From NCBI RefSeq assembly GCF_009914755.1, contig NC_060930.1: DNA of 64,000 nucleotides; one strand, 5' to 3'. How positions within the stretch are numbered: position 1 is the first letter of the stretch; the number at the start of each line of letters is the position of its first letter. This DNA is from the human T2T-CHM13v2.0 reference genome, Homo sapiens. The translations under genes and the position numbers were made by a program. This document shows, in pieces, positions 30,676 to 44,817 of the stretch. The notes beneath the pieces are model-generated. The model saw only the letters and a list, made by a program, of their open reading frames with translations. It did no database searches and was not told where the DNA came from.

Positions 30676-31854
30676 CAGTTTCCTTATTTTTAAAATCAGG
30701 TTATTTGCTAAAATAGCTAGGAAGACTTTTCAAGCTCAAATATCCTACCGTGGGTTCTTTTATCATCTTATTGCCCCTGTCCTTTTTCTCTTCCTCCCTG
30801 ACTGGTGAGCTGGTCCTCCTACCTGCCCTAGCATGGCACATGTAGATACACTGTGTTATTCAGCACTTTGCTTTGACCTAGAGGTTTTCTTCAACTTGGA
30901 GGGCTGAGAAGCAATGTTTGCTTGTGTCGTTTGGAATGGTGCCTGTTGGCGTGCACAGATCCTTTCCACAAAGGGCCTGTGAGTCCCTTCCTTTTAGGAA
31001 GCACATTCCTGACAGTGGTTGCAAAAGTAGAGAGGGATTGCAGAGTGAACACAGATTCTTGTGTCAGAGCGACATTCCTAAATGGCAATGTTCAGCAGAC
31101 TTAGGTGATTGTGATCTATGGGGGATATGGGGAATGAGTAGGTATGCGATTCATTATGAATGTCACACAAATGAAGTGTCCAAGGGTTTGGAGCAAGGAA
31201 GCACTTCATAATACCTCACAGCTTCTGGATTATTTTGTTACATTTTTGTTTAATTGAGGGTACAACCAGTTAAGTTACAAAGCACTTCAAGTGAAATCAT
31301 TGTTTCATCAAGAAGTGTCTGTATTTTATGAGGTAAACTAAGATTATTCCCGATTTGATTCACAGGTATTCTAATTTCATCATTAGATGCAAAAGGACAA
31401 GTGAGGTACAAGCTGTTTTTTGATGAGATGTGCATGGGAAGTGTTTCTATAAAACAGTTGTCTGCCACGTGGGAAGGCAGGTCTGGGCTGTTAGAAGTAG
31501 AAGAAAGAGATTTAAAGAGCTGGGAAGGAGGGAGAAAATAAAGAAAGGTGGCCTGTGAGGATATGTACAGACAGAGAGGTAGCAGGCGCTTAAGGCCAAG
31601 AGGTGAGCTGTCCCTGTCTGGGCAGAAGAAGTGCGCTAGGGGCAGCTGCCTGCACCCCCTGCTCTGAATTCCTGCAACAGCGGTCCCAGGAGAACAAGAG
31701 ACAGGTCCTGACAAGCAGTAGAGTCGGTGCAGCGCGCCCGGGTTCGGATAGGGTTAAGGCCAACACCTGCAGCTGAAGTACGACCCACATGGGAAGTAGG
31801 AAGTGCGGCGCCTGAGCTTCCTGTATAAATAAACGCGCTGCTACCGCTGCTGGC

Positions 31855-32135
31855 GAGCTGTGCCCCACGCTCCCGCTGCAACAGTCCCGGGCATCGCAGC
31901 TGCCAGTCAAGGCTAGGAGGCGGTCGGGGACTCCGCCTCCTCCCGACCCGTAGGTCTGGGAGCGCAAGTCCTGTTGCAGTCTTGCAAAGTGTAAAGCTGT
32001 CAGCCGCAGAGCACGGAGGAAAGACGGAGAGAATGGAAGAGCTCCTGTCCGGTGTGCCAGCAGCCCGGACTGGCGGTGAGCGCGAGGGAGGCTACTGAGA
32101 AGCCCGGCGACGGAGGAACGCAGGTCTGCTGCCAG
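31855..32135 (+). other. RNF144B: RNF144B exon 1 (5'UTR); TSS approximate
   Basis: Strong donor CAG|GTAGGT at 32135/32136; TSS placed ~30 nt after TATA. Confidence 0.8.
32033..32098 (+). CDS. Candidate uORF, 21 aa MEELLSGVPAARTGGEREGGY*
   Basis: Only AUG in the leader; context agaATGg (A at -3, G at +4); translation not shown. Confidence 0.5.
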   Translation: MEELLSGVPAARTGGEREGGY

Positions 32136-35100
32136 GTAGGTTTAGCGAGCTTTTTAAAGGCTACAGGCGTTGCAAGACCGGAATGGTGTTGCTGGACTAA
32201 GGAAAAAGGACAGGAAACTCACTGTGCCACCACAATTTTTCGATTTTCTGTCTCTAGTGCTCAAACCATACAGAACTGAATTCATTCTGAATGCCTTAAA
32301 CACCTGTTAACTTAGAAGAAAAATGCCTTTGTTAAAGGAAAGTAGTTTCATTTCTAATAAAACAGTTTCTATAATAGAATGTATTGTAGAATCCGAGATT
32401 AGACCAGACCTCTCCCTAGGTCTTAAGGGGAGACCAAAAGTTGGCATAATCTCGGATTATGCATTATAGTGCTTATTTTATCAGGTAATTGCTAATGAAA
32501 CAGTGAAACTCTGATACTACGAGAGCCATTCTCAAATTTAAGTTAAAATCGAACTGATTGTCGTTTGTGCAGGGAAAAGGTAGGTATCTTTTGCTTATTC
32601 TTTCTAAAACACCTTTTGTTTTTCTCATGAGTTTCAAGGATCCTGCTGTAAGTCTACTCCTCATGCATATACACTATTCACATAAAGATTTCCCAGAAAT
32701 TAATTCCCTTCTCTGGGAAATGTTCTTTTTTCATGTTCTCATAACAGACTGTCAGTTTCATATTGCTTTCTGCCACATGTATCTTATCAAAACATTAGCT
32801 CTGAGGTTCTTAACAGGAGTATCTCTGCTCTTCCGATTTGGCATTTCTGGACGTTTATTTGAACATTGAGAGGTATAAATTAAATGGCAATGTATCTAAC
32901 ATTTCTGAGGAAGCAGATTAGGGGGTGTCTGTGCCCAGAAGCAAAATAAATGAACTTTGGGATGACTCAGTTTTTAGGGTGTGGGTAAGAGGCAAAAGGA
33001 ACCTAGCCAGTCCTAACTGAGTTGCTGGCTAATTAGAGTATCTGTCTGCCGCAGCTTTCACTGAAATGAGCCTCTTGGTCCCTTTCACATCAAATCCCTC
33101 TGTGAGTCCCTCCTTCTCCTTAGTTTATCTTTCCTTCACAACCTGGGTCCTTTTCATGGACAGCAGTGCCTTAAATACTTCTAAAACTATCCTGAGGGGG
33201 AGAAAAACCTATAGCAGATCCACAAAGCCACTTGTAGATAATTGTATTATGAAATCCAAGGTCATGGTTTCACACAACTCCTGCTCTGCCCTTGCACACC
33301 TTTGACTGGCATTTTTTTTTTTATTTTTGTCGTGGGCATAAACTTAGAAAAGTGGGAAAGGGAAAAACCTCAGTTTCAAAAGTAGTCTCTGACTAATTAA
33401 TTATCTTGATTAAAAAAAGGTAAACATATATAGTGAACGTGAAAAAGATGTTGAGTAGTAGAATTGGGTTGCTTGGCTTTTTATTTAAAACAAACAAAAC
33501 TCAACCAAAAAAACCCCCCAAAACCCCAAACAATCACCCTAGATAACTTTCTCCTACACTACTGTGCTGGAAGTCGGGCTTGAGTGTGGTCAAATCCTGC
33601 CCATTTACCCAGAGTTTTACAAATATTTACAGTCATCTATGCCAAATATCTTTGTGCTGAGTCCCAAAGAACATTCTCAGCATTCAAAAGGCCCATTCTC
33701 ATGAATGGTTTCAGTTCATTGGCAATTTAAAGGCATTCAGGCTTCCAAACTAGGTCAGCTTAAGACATGTCTTTTTAAAATAATCAGTTTTTGGGTCTCA
33801 GATTATGAACCAGGTTTTTGGAGCCAAACTCTACAGCAGAGAGAAGAGTATGCTCTCTCTGGAAAGAAAAAGCTTATTTTATCTACCTGGTATGACCATT
33901 TAACTTCCTGAAAAACGTCTTTCTCCTCAGTAGTATGAATATTTTTCATCTGAGGAGGTGCACTTAAAATTTCCTTCTTGAAAAGTCATTTCAATATTTT
34001 AGACGTTTAGAAACATTTATATGTATGTCAGAATCCTTTCTCCGAAGTGTTTCTGCTAATCCTGGCTTCTTTGTTTCCCCTGGCCTTGACTTTATGACAT
34101 TACTTTCTTGGAGAGTGAAGTTTTTAGTGTTTGAAATCTCCAGTTTGAGATAGAGGTCAGGAATCATGCTGAACCCAGATGTTAGTGAAGGAACAAAGTC
34201 TGAGCAGTTTTGGGACTAAGCCTACTTTGTACAACTGATTATTTTGGATGTGGGAAAAGGGCCAAGCTGCCAGACAAGTCATGCTTTTCACTTGGACTTT
34301 GGGGAATAGGTATCTGTAGCCATTGCTCCTAAGTACTGAAACATTTCTTTCAGGGGTGCCTACCTTAATTTATAGAAGCTCCTTACCTGAAACAAATGGT
34401 CAATATTTTCAGCTTGTGAATTTCTGGAAGTGAATACAGATGAGAACCAGGCCTTTAATATTTTCTCTCCTCCAAGTACAATCAGAAAAGTTATCCACTC
34501 TACTACTGAGTGACTGATTTGCTAGGTGCTAGGTTAGATGCTGGGATATAAAGATGGCTAAGATGTGGTCTCTGTCCGGAAGAAATTCTCATAAGGTCAG
34601 AAGTGACTTGGGTCTAGAGTGGTAGTTCTGAATTCACATTGCTTTGCCAGATTATAAAAAGTACTTCGATGTTTGTCACCTCGATCATCTTAATTTTCTT
34701 GGTAGTGTTACCTTGACCATTTGACCATTAAGAGGTATATGACACCTAAGTTAATTTATGTAAATATTTTAATTCATAATTTTTACCTTTAGGTGTATGT
34801 GGGAGGTCTTGGACTAAAGTTTTAGTTTTATTAACTTTGGCATTTGCTATTTACCCAGTCGGTGAGTACTTTGGAACCTAATGCATCATACCATAGTTGT
34901 TATTAAAAAATGGATAACTATATATTAAATGAGTAAAAATGACCAATGCTTCTGCAACGTGGAATGAGGATCTTCTCATCTATGAGCAGATCTCTTTCTT
35001 GAATTCAAAACACAGCAATCTAAGTGAAATAGACTTTTCTTATTCATAGCTGGAGATACTTCTGATCACATGGCTTGGAGTATTTATTAAGAGCATACTT

Positions 35101-36091
35101 TGAAAGCCATGTCCCATTGTTTTCTAAATCTTTTGAAGTCACGAGTTTGAGTCCCAGCCCTTCATCAACTTGTTCTTTGTTTTTCTTGGGAAGATAAAAC
35201 AAGACAACTCGTTTCTGTCTGTTGAACTTGTGGCTGAAACCATAAACCCACACATTCTCCTGCATATGATTATATGAAATCCTCTGTTGAAAACCTCCTC
35301 AACTAGTTGACTCTTAATAAGTAGGAGCTGGGTTTAATCACCTTTACATCCCTAGCACCTAATGTGTAGAATTTGTTCTTTGTGTGTTGACTTTGTTTCC
35401 TTCATGATAAATTCCTGTTATAGGAAATTAATTGGCAAAGACATACAAAAATCTACACCTGCACTTTGCTCAGGTGGGGTGAAGATTCCTCTTCCAAACT
35501 GGTTTCCAATTTGTTTCTAATTAAAATTTCTATATGAAACTTTTAACTTTAACAGGAGGGGGTAATATTGGCACATGCTTTTATTCATTTGAAAAAAAAT
35601 TTTTGATTTAGATATTCGTGCTTTAGCGGCTCTGGTTTTCTGGTAATGTCCTGACCCAAGAAATCAGCCTGGCTCTTGCTCTATAAGGCTCTTTGAAATA
35701 CCACTTCTCCTTGATTGGTCAATTACATCATTGTCTGACCTGCCTTTAAGTGGCGTTCCTTCCTGCTTCTGAGCTTTGTTGTTATGCCAGGCATAGGGAA
35801 GAAAATTATTTAGCAGGGCTGTGTGAATAATTGTGGGAGGCAGGGAACCACTGATTAAAACAGGAGTGGGCAAGGCACAGTGGTGATATTGAAGAGGTAG
35901 CTACCATGATGAATGCAAAATTGCCATGCCAAAAATATCATTGAGCTGTTATTCTCATATTCACTCCCACCTTCTTTGATAAGTTTATATTGTTTGGAAA
36001 ACTGGGAATGGATTTCTACCTCTTGGGCCTTACCCTGTAGGGTAATGAGAACATGGAAAGAAGGCAAGAAGAAATGTGCTTTTAAGAAAAA

Positions 36092-36720
<629 letters not shown>

Positions 36721-37395
36721 CGATGTGCCAGATGTTCTGTCCTCTGTAGGATTTGGAGTTAGCTTATCACAACGTCATGTACATTGTTGGCCATGCTTGG
36801 ACATCAGCACCAATATATATTTTGTAAGAAAAAATATTAGATCTCACTAAATTAGTTGTAACAGACTTTATTCATAACCTAATTTCAAGCAGCAAAGAGA
36901 TTGTTTGGAAAACAGTTCTTGCTAATACTTTAAGATGCTTCTCCTTCCTGATGAAGTGCCTACTTTTTTTTTTTAACCCACAAAAAGGTTAATAGGGCTA
37001 TATTTGCATATCAGTTCCATTTTTAGAAGGTTAATAGTCTCCAAGTTACAAAGTTGTGATCTCATTGCCATCCTACAAACTGTTGAAATGACGATGTTAA
37101 AACTAAGAAATTATAGACTAAATAAAGTGCTTTTTGAGCACTTTAAGCCATGAAACAGTGGCGAGAAAACAGAAGTCCTCTTCTCTACCACAGGAGGCAC
37201 AGTGATACAATACTGCCACCTCACAGAGCCTGAATAGGTGAATATTTACTTTCTTACATCTAAGACCTAAATATTTCCTGGGTTTGTTTATGCTAGAGGA
37301 TATTTTCTAATCTATTTCATTTTTTCAAATAATGACAACTTATGTGTAATATCATGTATGTACTCATTGAGTTTGAGCATTATTCTTTTAAAAAG

Positions 37396-37658
<263 letters not shown>

Positions 37659-38819
37659 TTATTTAAGTAATTGCAGTTCCCTGACTACGAGAGGGGCAGC
37701 CTATGTTTCCATTTGTTCATGTCCTCTTAGGTTAGGGCATGCATTAGAACTGTTTTTCTGATTGAAAGAATGTACGCTGGTTCATCTTGTCCTTGAATGA
37801 CCAGAGAGCTGGTTGGAGATGCAAGCGGAGAGTAGAGCTACAACACTGGCCACAAAGGAGGTCTACCATAAGCCCTTGCTTCCTTCATTGCTGTTGCTAC
37901 TGCTACCAGCCAGCAGGTCACCCTGCCATTGTATTTGGATTGTATTTAGGGTAGAACTTCAGCTAATGGCTGATAATGCTCAGCACTTTACTAGACTCAA
38001 TTAGTACCATTGGGTTCACTAATAGTTTCTGTTAGGAAAAGGAACCAGTAGCTAACCAAACTACTCTATTGGGCAGAAGTACCAAGATCAACATAATGCT
38101 GATTTTCAGATTGCATTGAGTGGAAACTGGTTGCCTGGTGTGTTCTTAGCTGATATGGGGATAGCTTTCCTAACAAGGCAAGGATGGGACCTTTAGATTG
38201 CTGCTCTTTTTTTCTGCTTTATTAGAATATTAGCTTCCCGAGAATATGTCTCCATTTTACAAGGCAACACTTCAGCCTTTCTTCATCACCACCCACCCTT
38301 CTCAAAAACTTTCCCCTTTGCTACCTCCCTCCCATATTTATGCATTCATATCTGTTATTCTAGCTACTTCACAGTGATGACTCGATGTCTCACAAAGGCA
38401 TATAAACACATTGAGAGTATACATATGTCTCCTCTTCTGTTTGTCCCCTGTACTTGAGTAACTCTTAGAATTTCATAGCATAGCTTGGAATTAAGACCTC
38501 AGTGCAGATCAACTGGATTTTTATTTACATTAATATCCTGTGGCATCAGTAATATCTAGGTGATTCATTTTAGTAGCTTTCTATTTCTCTTAGTCTCCTT
38601 AGTTGTGCTTTAGCAGTTTCTCCAAATTTTAAAGTTTCTGCATAATAAAGTAAAAATTCCAAAATAATTAGGGATAAGTGTCCTAATAATAATTAGGGTA
38701 AGTATCCTAATAAAACATTATCCCTTCCAATTACACTATCTTTTTGTGTAAGGGAATAACTGTGTTGATTTTGGATAATCAAACAGACATAAACTACATT
38801 GGTTAAAAATACTTTGAAT

Positions 38820-39293
<474 letters not shown>

Positions 39294-42200
39294 CTATCAG
39301 ATAGTACTTGCTTCTCATATAATGAACACTTTATAGTGCAAGAGACACATAGAGCAGGTAGAACTGCTGGTTCTCCTTTCCTGGTAATTTAGTGCAAACT
39401 CAGACGTTTCAGAATGGCTTTCCTTCCTTACATGGCCCAACCAATCTGTCTTGTTCTATGATTAGGTATATATAAGCAAGTGATACCTGCTACCAACCTT
39501 ACAATGCCTAAACTTGAAAGGCAGCTGTCAGATTTCAAGGTGCCCCTTGCATTCTCTGCCAAAATTCTTTTCACAAGGGGTTCTTGACACTCGGTGAGAG
39601 GCACAGTCACATCTATAATCACTGTAAAAGTAATTATAATTGTTAGCTTTTAAAATCAAGTGGTAGGGTGGATAATTCAAGTCACTTTCTTATTTTTGAT
39701 AGAAATGTGAGGTATGAGGCAGTAGGAGTGAGTTAGCCTCTTTCTGGAATGAAGACTTTTCTTGAAACCTGGAGGGGAGTGGATGTGAATTGCTTGTGCC
39801 CCTGTGAAGTTGTGGCCCAATGGGAGGGACAGGAGGAGCTGGGAGTGTGTTATCAAATGCCCTGAGCTTCCTGAGGCTCTACTATTGGGGGTTTCATGCT
39901 GTGAAGACCGGTGAATAGTAATATGACACAAAGGAAGAAATGCAAGGAAACCTTGGAGCCATTCACAGGCATCTCAGGTGTGGGGAAATTCATTAGAGGC
40001 TTTCAGGATTCTCCTGTTTACTGATTGAAGAGCTCATTTTGCAATGAATCAATGGTGAAAGGATTTCTTGTTTGATATTCTTTTTTTTTTTTTAAATGAA
40101 GTGCTCACTGCATTTCATTCATTTTTTTAACTATCCATTGTTGGTTTTGCCCAAAGTGAGAAACGAAAGGGTTGGTTTTTAGTCTGTGCATGGTGCAGGT
40201 TTAGGCTTCTGCAATGGTGCCTGGGGGGCTGCTGAGTGGGGAAGGTCAAGGGGACTGGCTCTGGACACCCACTATTGGGTGCTGGCACTTGTCTACCTGA
40301 ATCTCTTTTATACAGTGGTGGTTTGACTAAGATTTTTGTTTTTGAAAGCTCATTGCTTGAAAAATGTCTGAGAGCCATTGCTTTAGGGAATTGGTGTTAT
40401 TGTACACAGAAAAATAAATCACTTTTTGAAGAATCATTTTGGATTGTTCACATCTCAAGGAGATGAAATATGTAACTTTTTTCCTCTATGTCACTGAGTC
40501 ATAAGTCCTGCCTTTTTGGAATGCTTGGAATTTTTTAAAAAACAAAATGCATCTCTGCTATGTAAAGGTTTTTCTATTATAAAAATTATATATGTTTTTT
40601 ATAACTTTGACTTCATAGCCTATAGGCATGTAACTCCTTAGTTTTAAGGAGTAAAAACTTACGTACTGTTTATAGTAAGAGACAATTATGTTTCACATGG
40701 TCTTGATTACCACAATTTTTAGTTCTACCTTCAAAAGAAGACTATTTCTAAGAAATATCTAATTATAGGTATTCCATTATGGATAATAATTGAGGTATTA
40801 TTAGAGGAATCCAATATGTCTTTCAAGAGTATCCAATTAATTTCTAAGAGGTATCCCAATTATGTCTTTGTTTTTCAAGAGTACATTAAAACTTTGGCCT
40901 GTTTAATATTTCCTTCTAAAAAAATAATATAGAGTAAGACTGAGAAATACTTGGATTTCTTGAAGAGTACCTAGATCTCTTGCTAGGTCAGAACAACAGG
41001 ATTGGCTATTCACACCAGCTTTCTCCACATGGCTAAGTGTATTTGACATTTGGGGTGTGGGATGGTTCTGGCCTGTGTCATTACCCTTTTTCTCCTACTC
41101 AGGAAGCATTTACTACCTACGTTTCTTCTTGTTGTTTTACTTGGGATTTCTCTTGAAAGAAAGATAATTCAGAATAGATTGCATAAGCAGTGAAGCAGCG
41201 TTGAGAATGTACAGGTGAGAAGACAACAGATGGGAAGTTGGTGGGACTGTGTGCCATGAGCCCGGGAGTACTGGAGACGCAAGCTGATGACAGTTGTTTA
41301 AGCATGAACTGGGAGGAAGGAAAAGGTAAAGTCATTCATTTTTACCCGTATGTTTATCATAAAGAGAGATTTTTTACAAAAACTCAAAATCCTGAATTTG
41401 ATGTGCAGGTCTATTTGAATTTAATTTGCTCTTGGATGACAGCTCCTCAGTAGTTAATGGAATAACGCTGTGTCTTGAACTTTATCCGGCATTTGCTGAG
41501 AAAAAAACCATGTCTTCCACATGGAAACTAACCATTAGTTAGCTTCCTATTTAATTATTTTGAATCAGGTTTTCTGGTACTGAGTACTGGGAGTAGGTGA
41601 AAAACCTTGAATGCTTCAGGTTGCTCGAGTTAGTAATCGTTGACTTTCTGGTATGACATTAAGAAAGTGGATGTGGACAGATTGACAAGCAAATATCTCA
41701 TTTATTTTTTTCCTTTTCTATCTAATCGAATTTGATTTTCCCCTACTTGTTTTAGTACTTTTGTACTTACATATTGAGACTTAAGCTATTGTTGGGAGTA
41801 GGTAGCAAATGATTACATGTAATTTCTTTTGTCTGAAAATTAAGAGGAAAAGAGCTTGGTTCTTGTAGGGGGAGGTGTATTTGCAATTATTTCTATGGCA
41901 GAATTTATTAGAATTGGCCACTCTTTAAAAATAGTAAGAACTATAGGATTTTGCTTTTGTTTAACCAGAACATGAAATTTCCAGATGTGATATAAAATAT
42001 GAATATGTGGAGAAATTATTTTCACAATTATTTAGTCTCTTTTAAAGATAAAGATTCAGAATAAAAACAATCTAGTAGAAGAACTTTGGCTGTAGTTTTT
42101 ATTTTTCAGTCTAAAGATGTCTTTTCCCATGGTCATGCTGTGTGGGGAGACAAATTTTGTTTCTGTGCAGCTTCAGGGACCTTAAGGATAGCTGTAGTCA

Positions 42201-42429
42201 TGGACTTCAACTCTCTTTTCCTCTTTCTGTCCCCCTTCCTCCTTCTTTTCTCTGCTTCGTCTGTCCATGTGATATCCACACAAGGCAGCTCTGGTGTAAT
42301 GGATCTGGCACTGGGCTTGGTGGCCTCAGAAGGCTGAGGATTGTCTTCTGCTCTGCCATGTACAAGCTCTGAGAACTTTGGCAGATTACCTAACTTATCA
42401 GTATCACAATTAATCTATAAAATGGGGAA

Positions 42430-43370
<941 letters not shown>

Positions 43371-43464
43371 TTCTATTTTAAGTACTTTTTGAGTCTGTTG
43401 AATTGATTGTAGTGATGCAACTCCTAAATATGTTTGTTCATAGTGATATTTCCCGCCCCTGACC

Positions 43465-43745
43465 TTCATTAAGGTATAATTGACAAATTACATTTGCAGT
43501 ATACAATGTGATGTTTTGCTCTATGTATATAAATGCTTAAATCAAGCTAATGAACATCATCACTTCACATTTTTCTTTGTGTGTGTGTGGTGAGATCATT
43601 TAAAATCTACTCTTGGCCATTTTCAAGTATACAGTGTATTATTACTAACTCTAGTCACCAAGCTGTGTGAGAGCTCCCCAGAACTTATTCATCTCATCTA
43701 AATGAAACTTTGTAAGCTTGACCAACATCTCCCCATTCCCACCCC
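43465..43745 (-). mobile_element. L1MA 3' terminal fragment
   Basis: attaaggtataattgacaaat...aaaatctactcttggccattttcaagtataca. Confidence 0.75.
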
Positions 43746-44001
43746 ACCATAGTGGTCTTTTAATTTCCATAGCTCATATGATGTGAATCAGGACAGTGAG
43801 GTCAGCTTACATTTCAGGACTTCAGGGATACCTTGCCGAGGTAGGTGAACCACTCTCTAGCCCGTCGTTCCCAGAAATGCATTAGCTGTAAGTTTTGGGA
43901 TAACTGAGGGTGAGAATTTGATCAGCTGGCCTCCAGACGTGTTGGCTAAACAATAGCTTTATCAATCCATATAATATTTTCTGCTTTGGACCTTTCTATA
44001 G

Positions 44002-44202
44002 GGATTGAGGAGACTGAAGAACGCTGAAGACAGGCTGATGGGCTCAGCTGGTAGGCTCCACTATCTCGCCATGACTGCTGAAAATCCCACTCCTGGAGAC
44101 CTGGCTCCGGCCCCCCTCATCACTTGCAAACTCTGCCTGTGTGAGCAGTCTCTGGACAAGATGACCACACTCCAGGAATGCCAGTGCATCTTTTGCACAG
44201 CT
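44002..44202 (+). other. RNF144B: RNF144B exon 2 (36 nt 5'UTR + 165 nt CDS)
   Basis: Acceptor ctttctatag|G at 44001/44002; donor GCT|GTGAGT at 44202/44203. Confidence 0.93.
44038..44202 (+). CDS. RNF144B: RNF144B (RBR E3 ubiquitin ligase, IBRDC2/p53RFP) residues 1-55, N-terminal half of RING1; remaining exons beyond the window
   Basis: [55 protein letters not shown] matches the known RNF144B N-terminus; phase-0 intron. Confidence 0.96.
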
Positions 44203-44492
44203 GTGAGTTTTCCTTGATGCTTTCACTATGAGAAAATACAAAGGGAAAAATCATAAAAGTAGGATATATTTCTGTGGTTTACTGAGAAACCAGAGTGTGC
44301 TACAATATGATCCTGCTTTGGAAAGCATTTCATATTTGAACCTATTTCCAAATAGTATCTTAAATGGTAAATCCTGGGTTTACTTGTTTTAGCTGAGTAT
44401 AATTTATGTTTGAAATTTAATTATTGGTTGAATAAATAGTCTTTCTGTTAAGGTTCAAACTATGGAACAGAATAGAAAAATTTTAACATGCT

Positions 44493-44817
<325 letters not shown>

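Larger units (their letters stand above)
31580..32180 (+). promoter_or_regulatory. RNF144B: CpG-rich RNF144B promoter: TATAAATAAA 31824-31833, ETS cores GGAAGT at 31792 and 31799 plus CTTCCTG at 31817, E-boxes CACCTG/CAGCTG 31764-31775
   Basis: Only non-repeat, non-pseudogene CpG-dense stretch in the window; TATA ~30 bp before the inferred TSS; downstream splice donor. Confidence 0.85.

Noticed and set aside
31250-31967. Antisense ORFs across the promoter (154, 125, 81 aa)
   Set aside because: Expected in GC-rich promoter DNA; no homology recognised.
40633-40652. Perfect 8-bp inverted repeat actcctta-gttt-taaggagt as a miRNA/terminator
   Set aside because: Too short and expected by chance in 64 kb.
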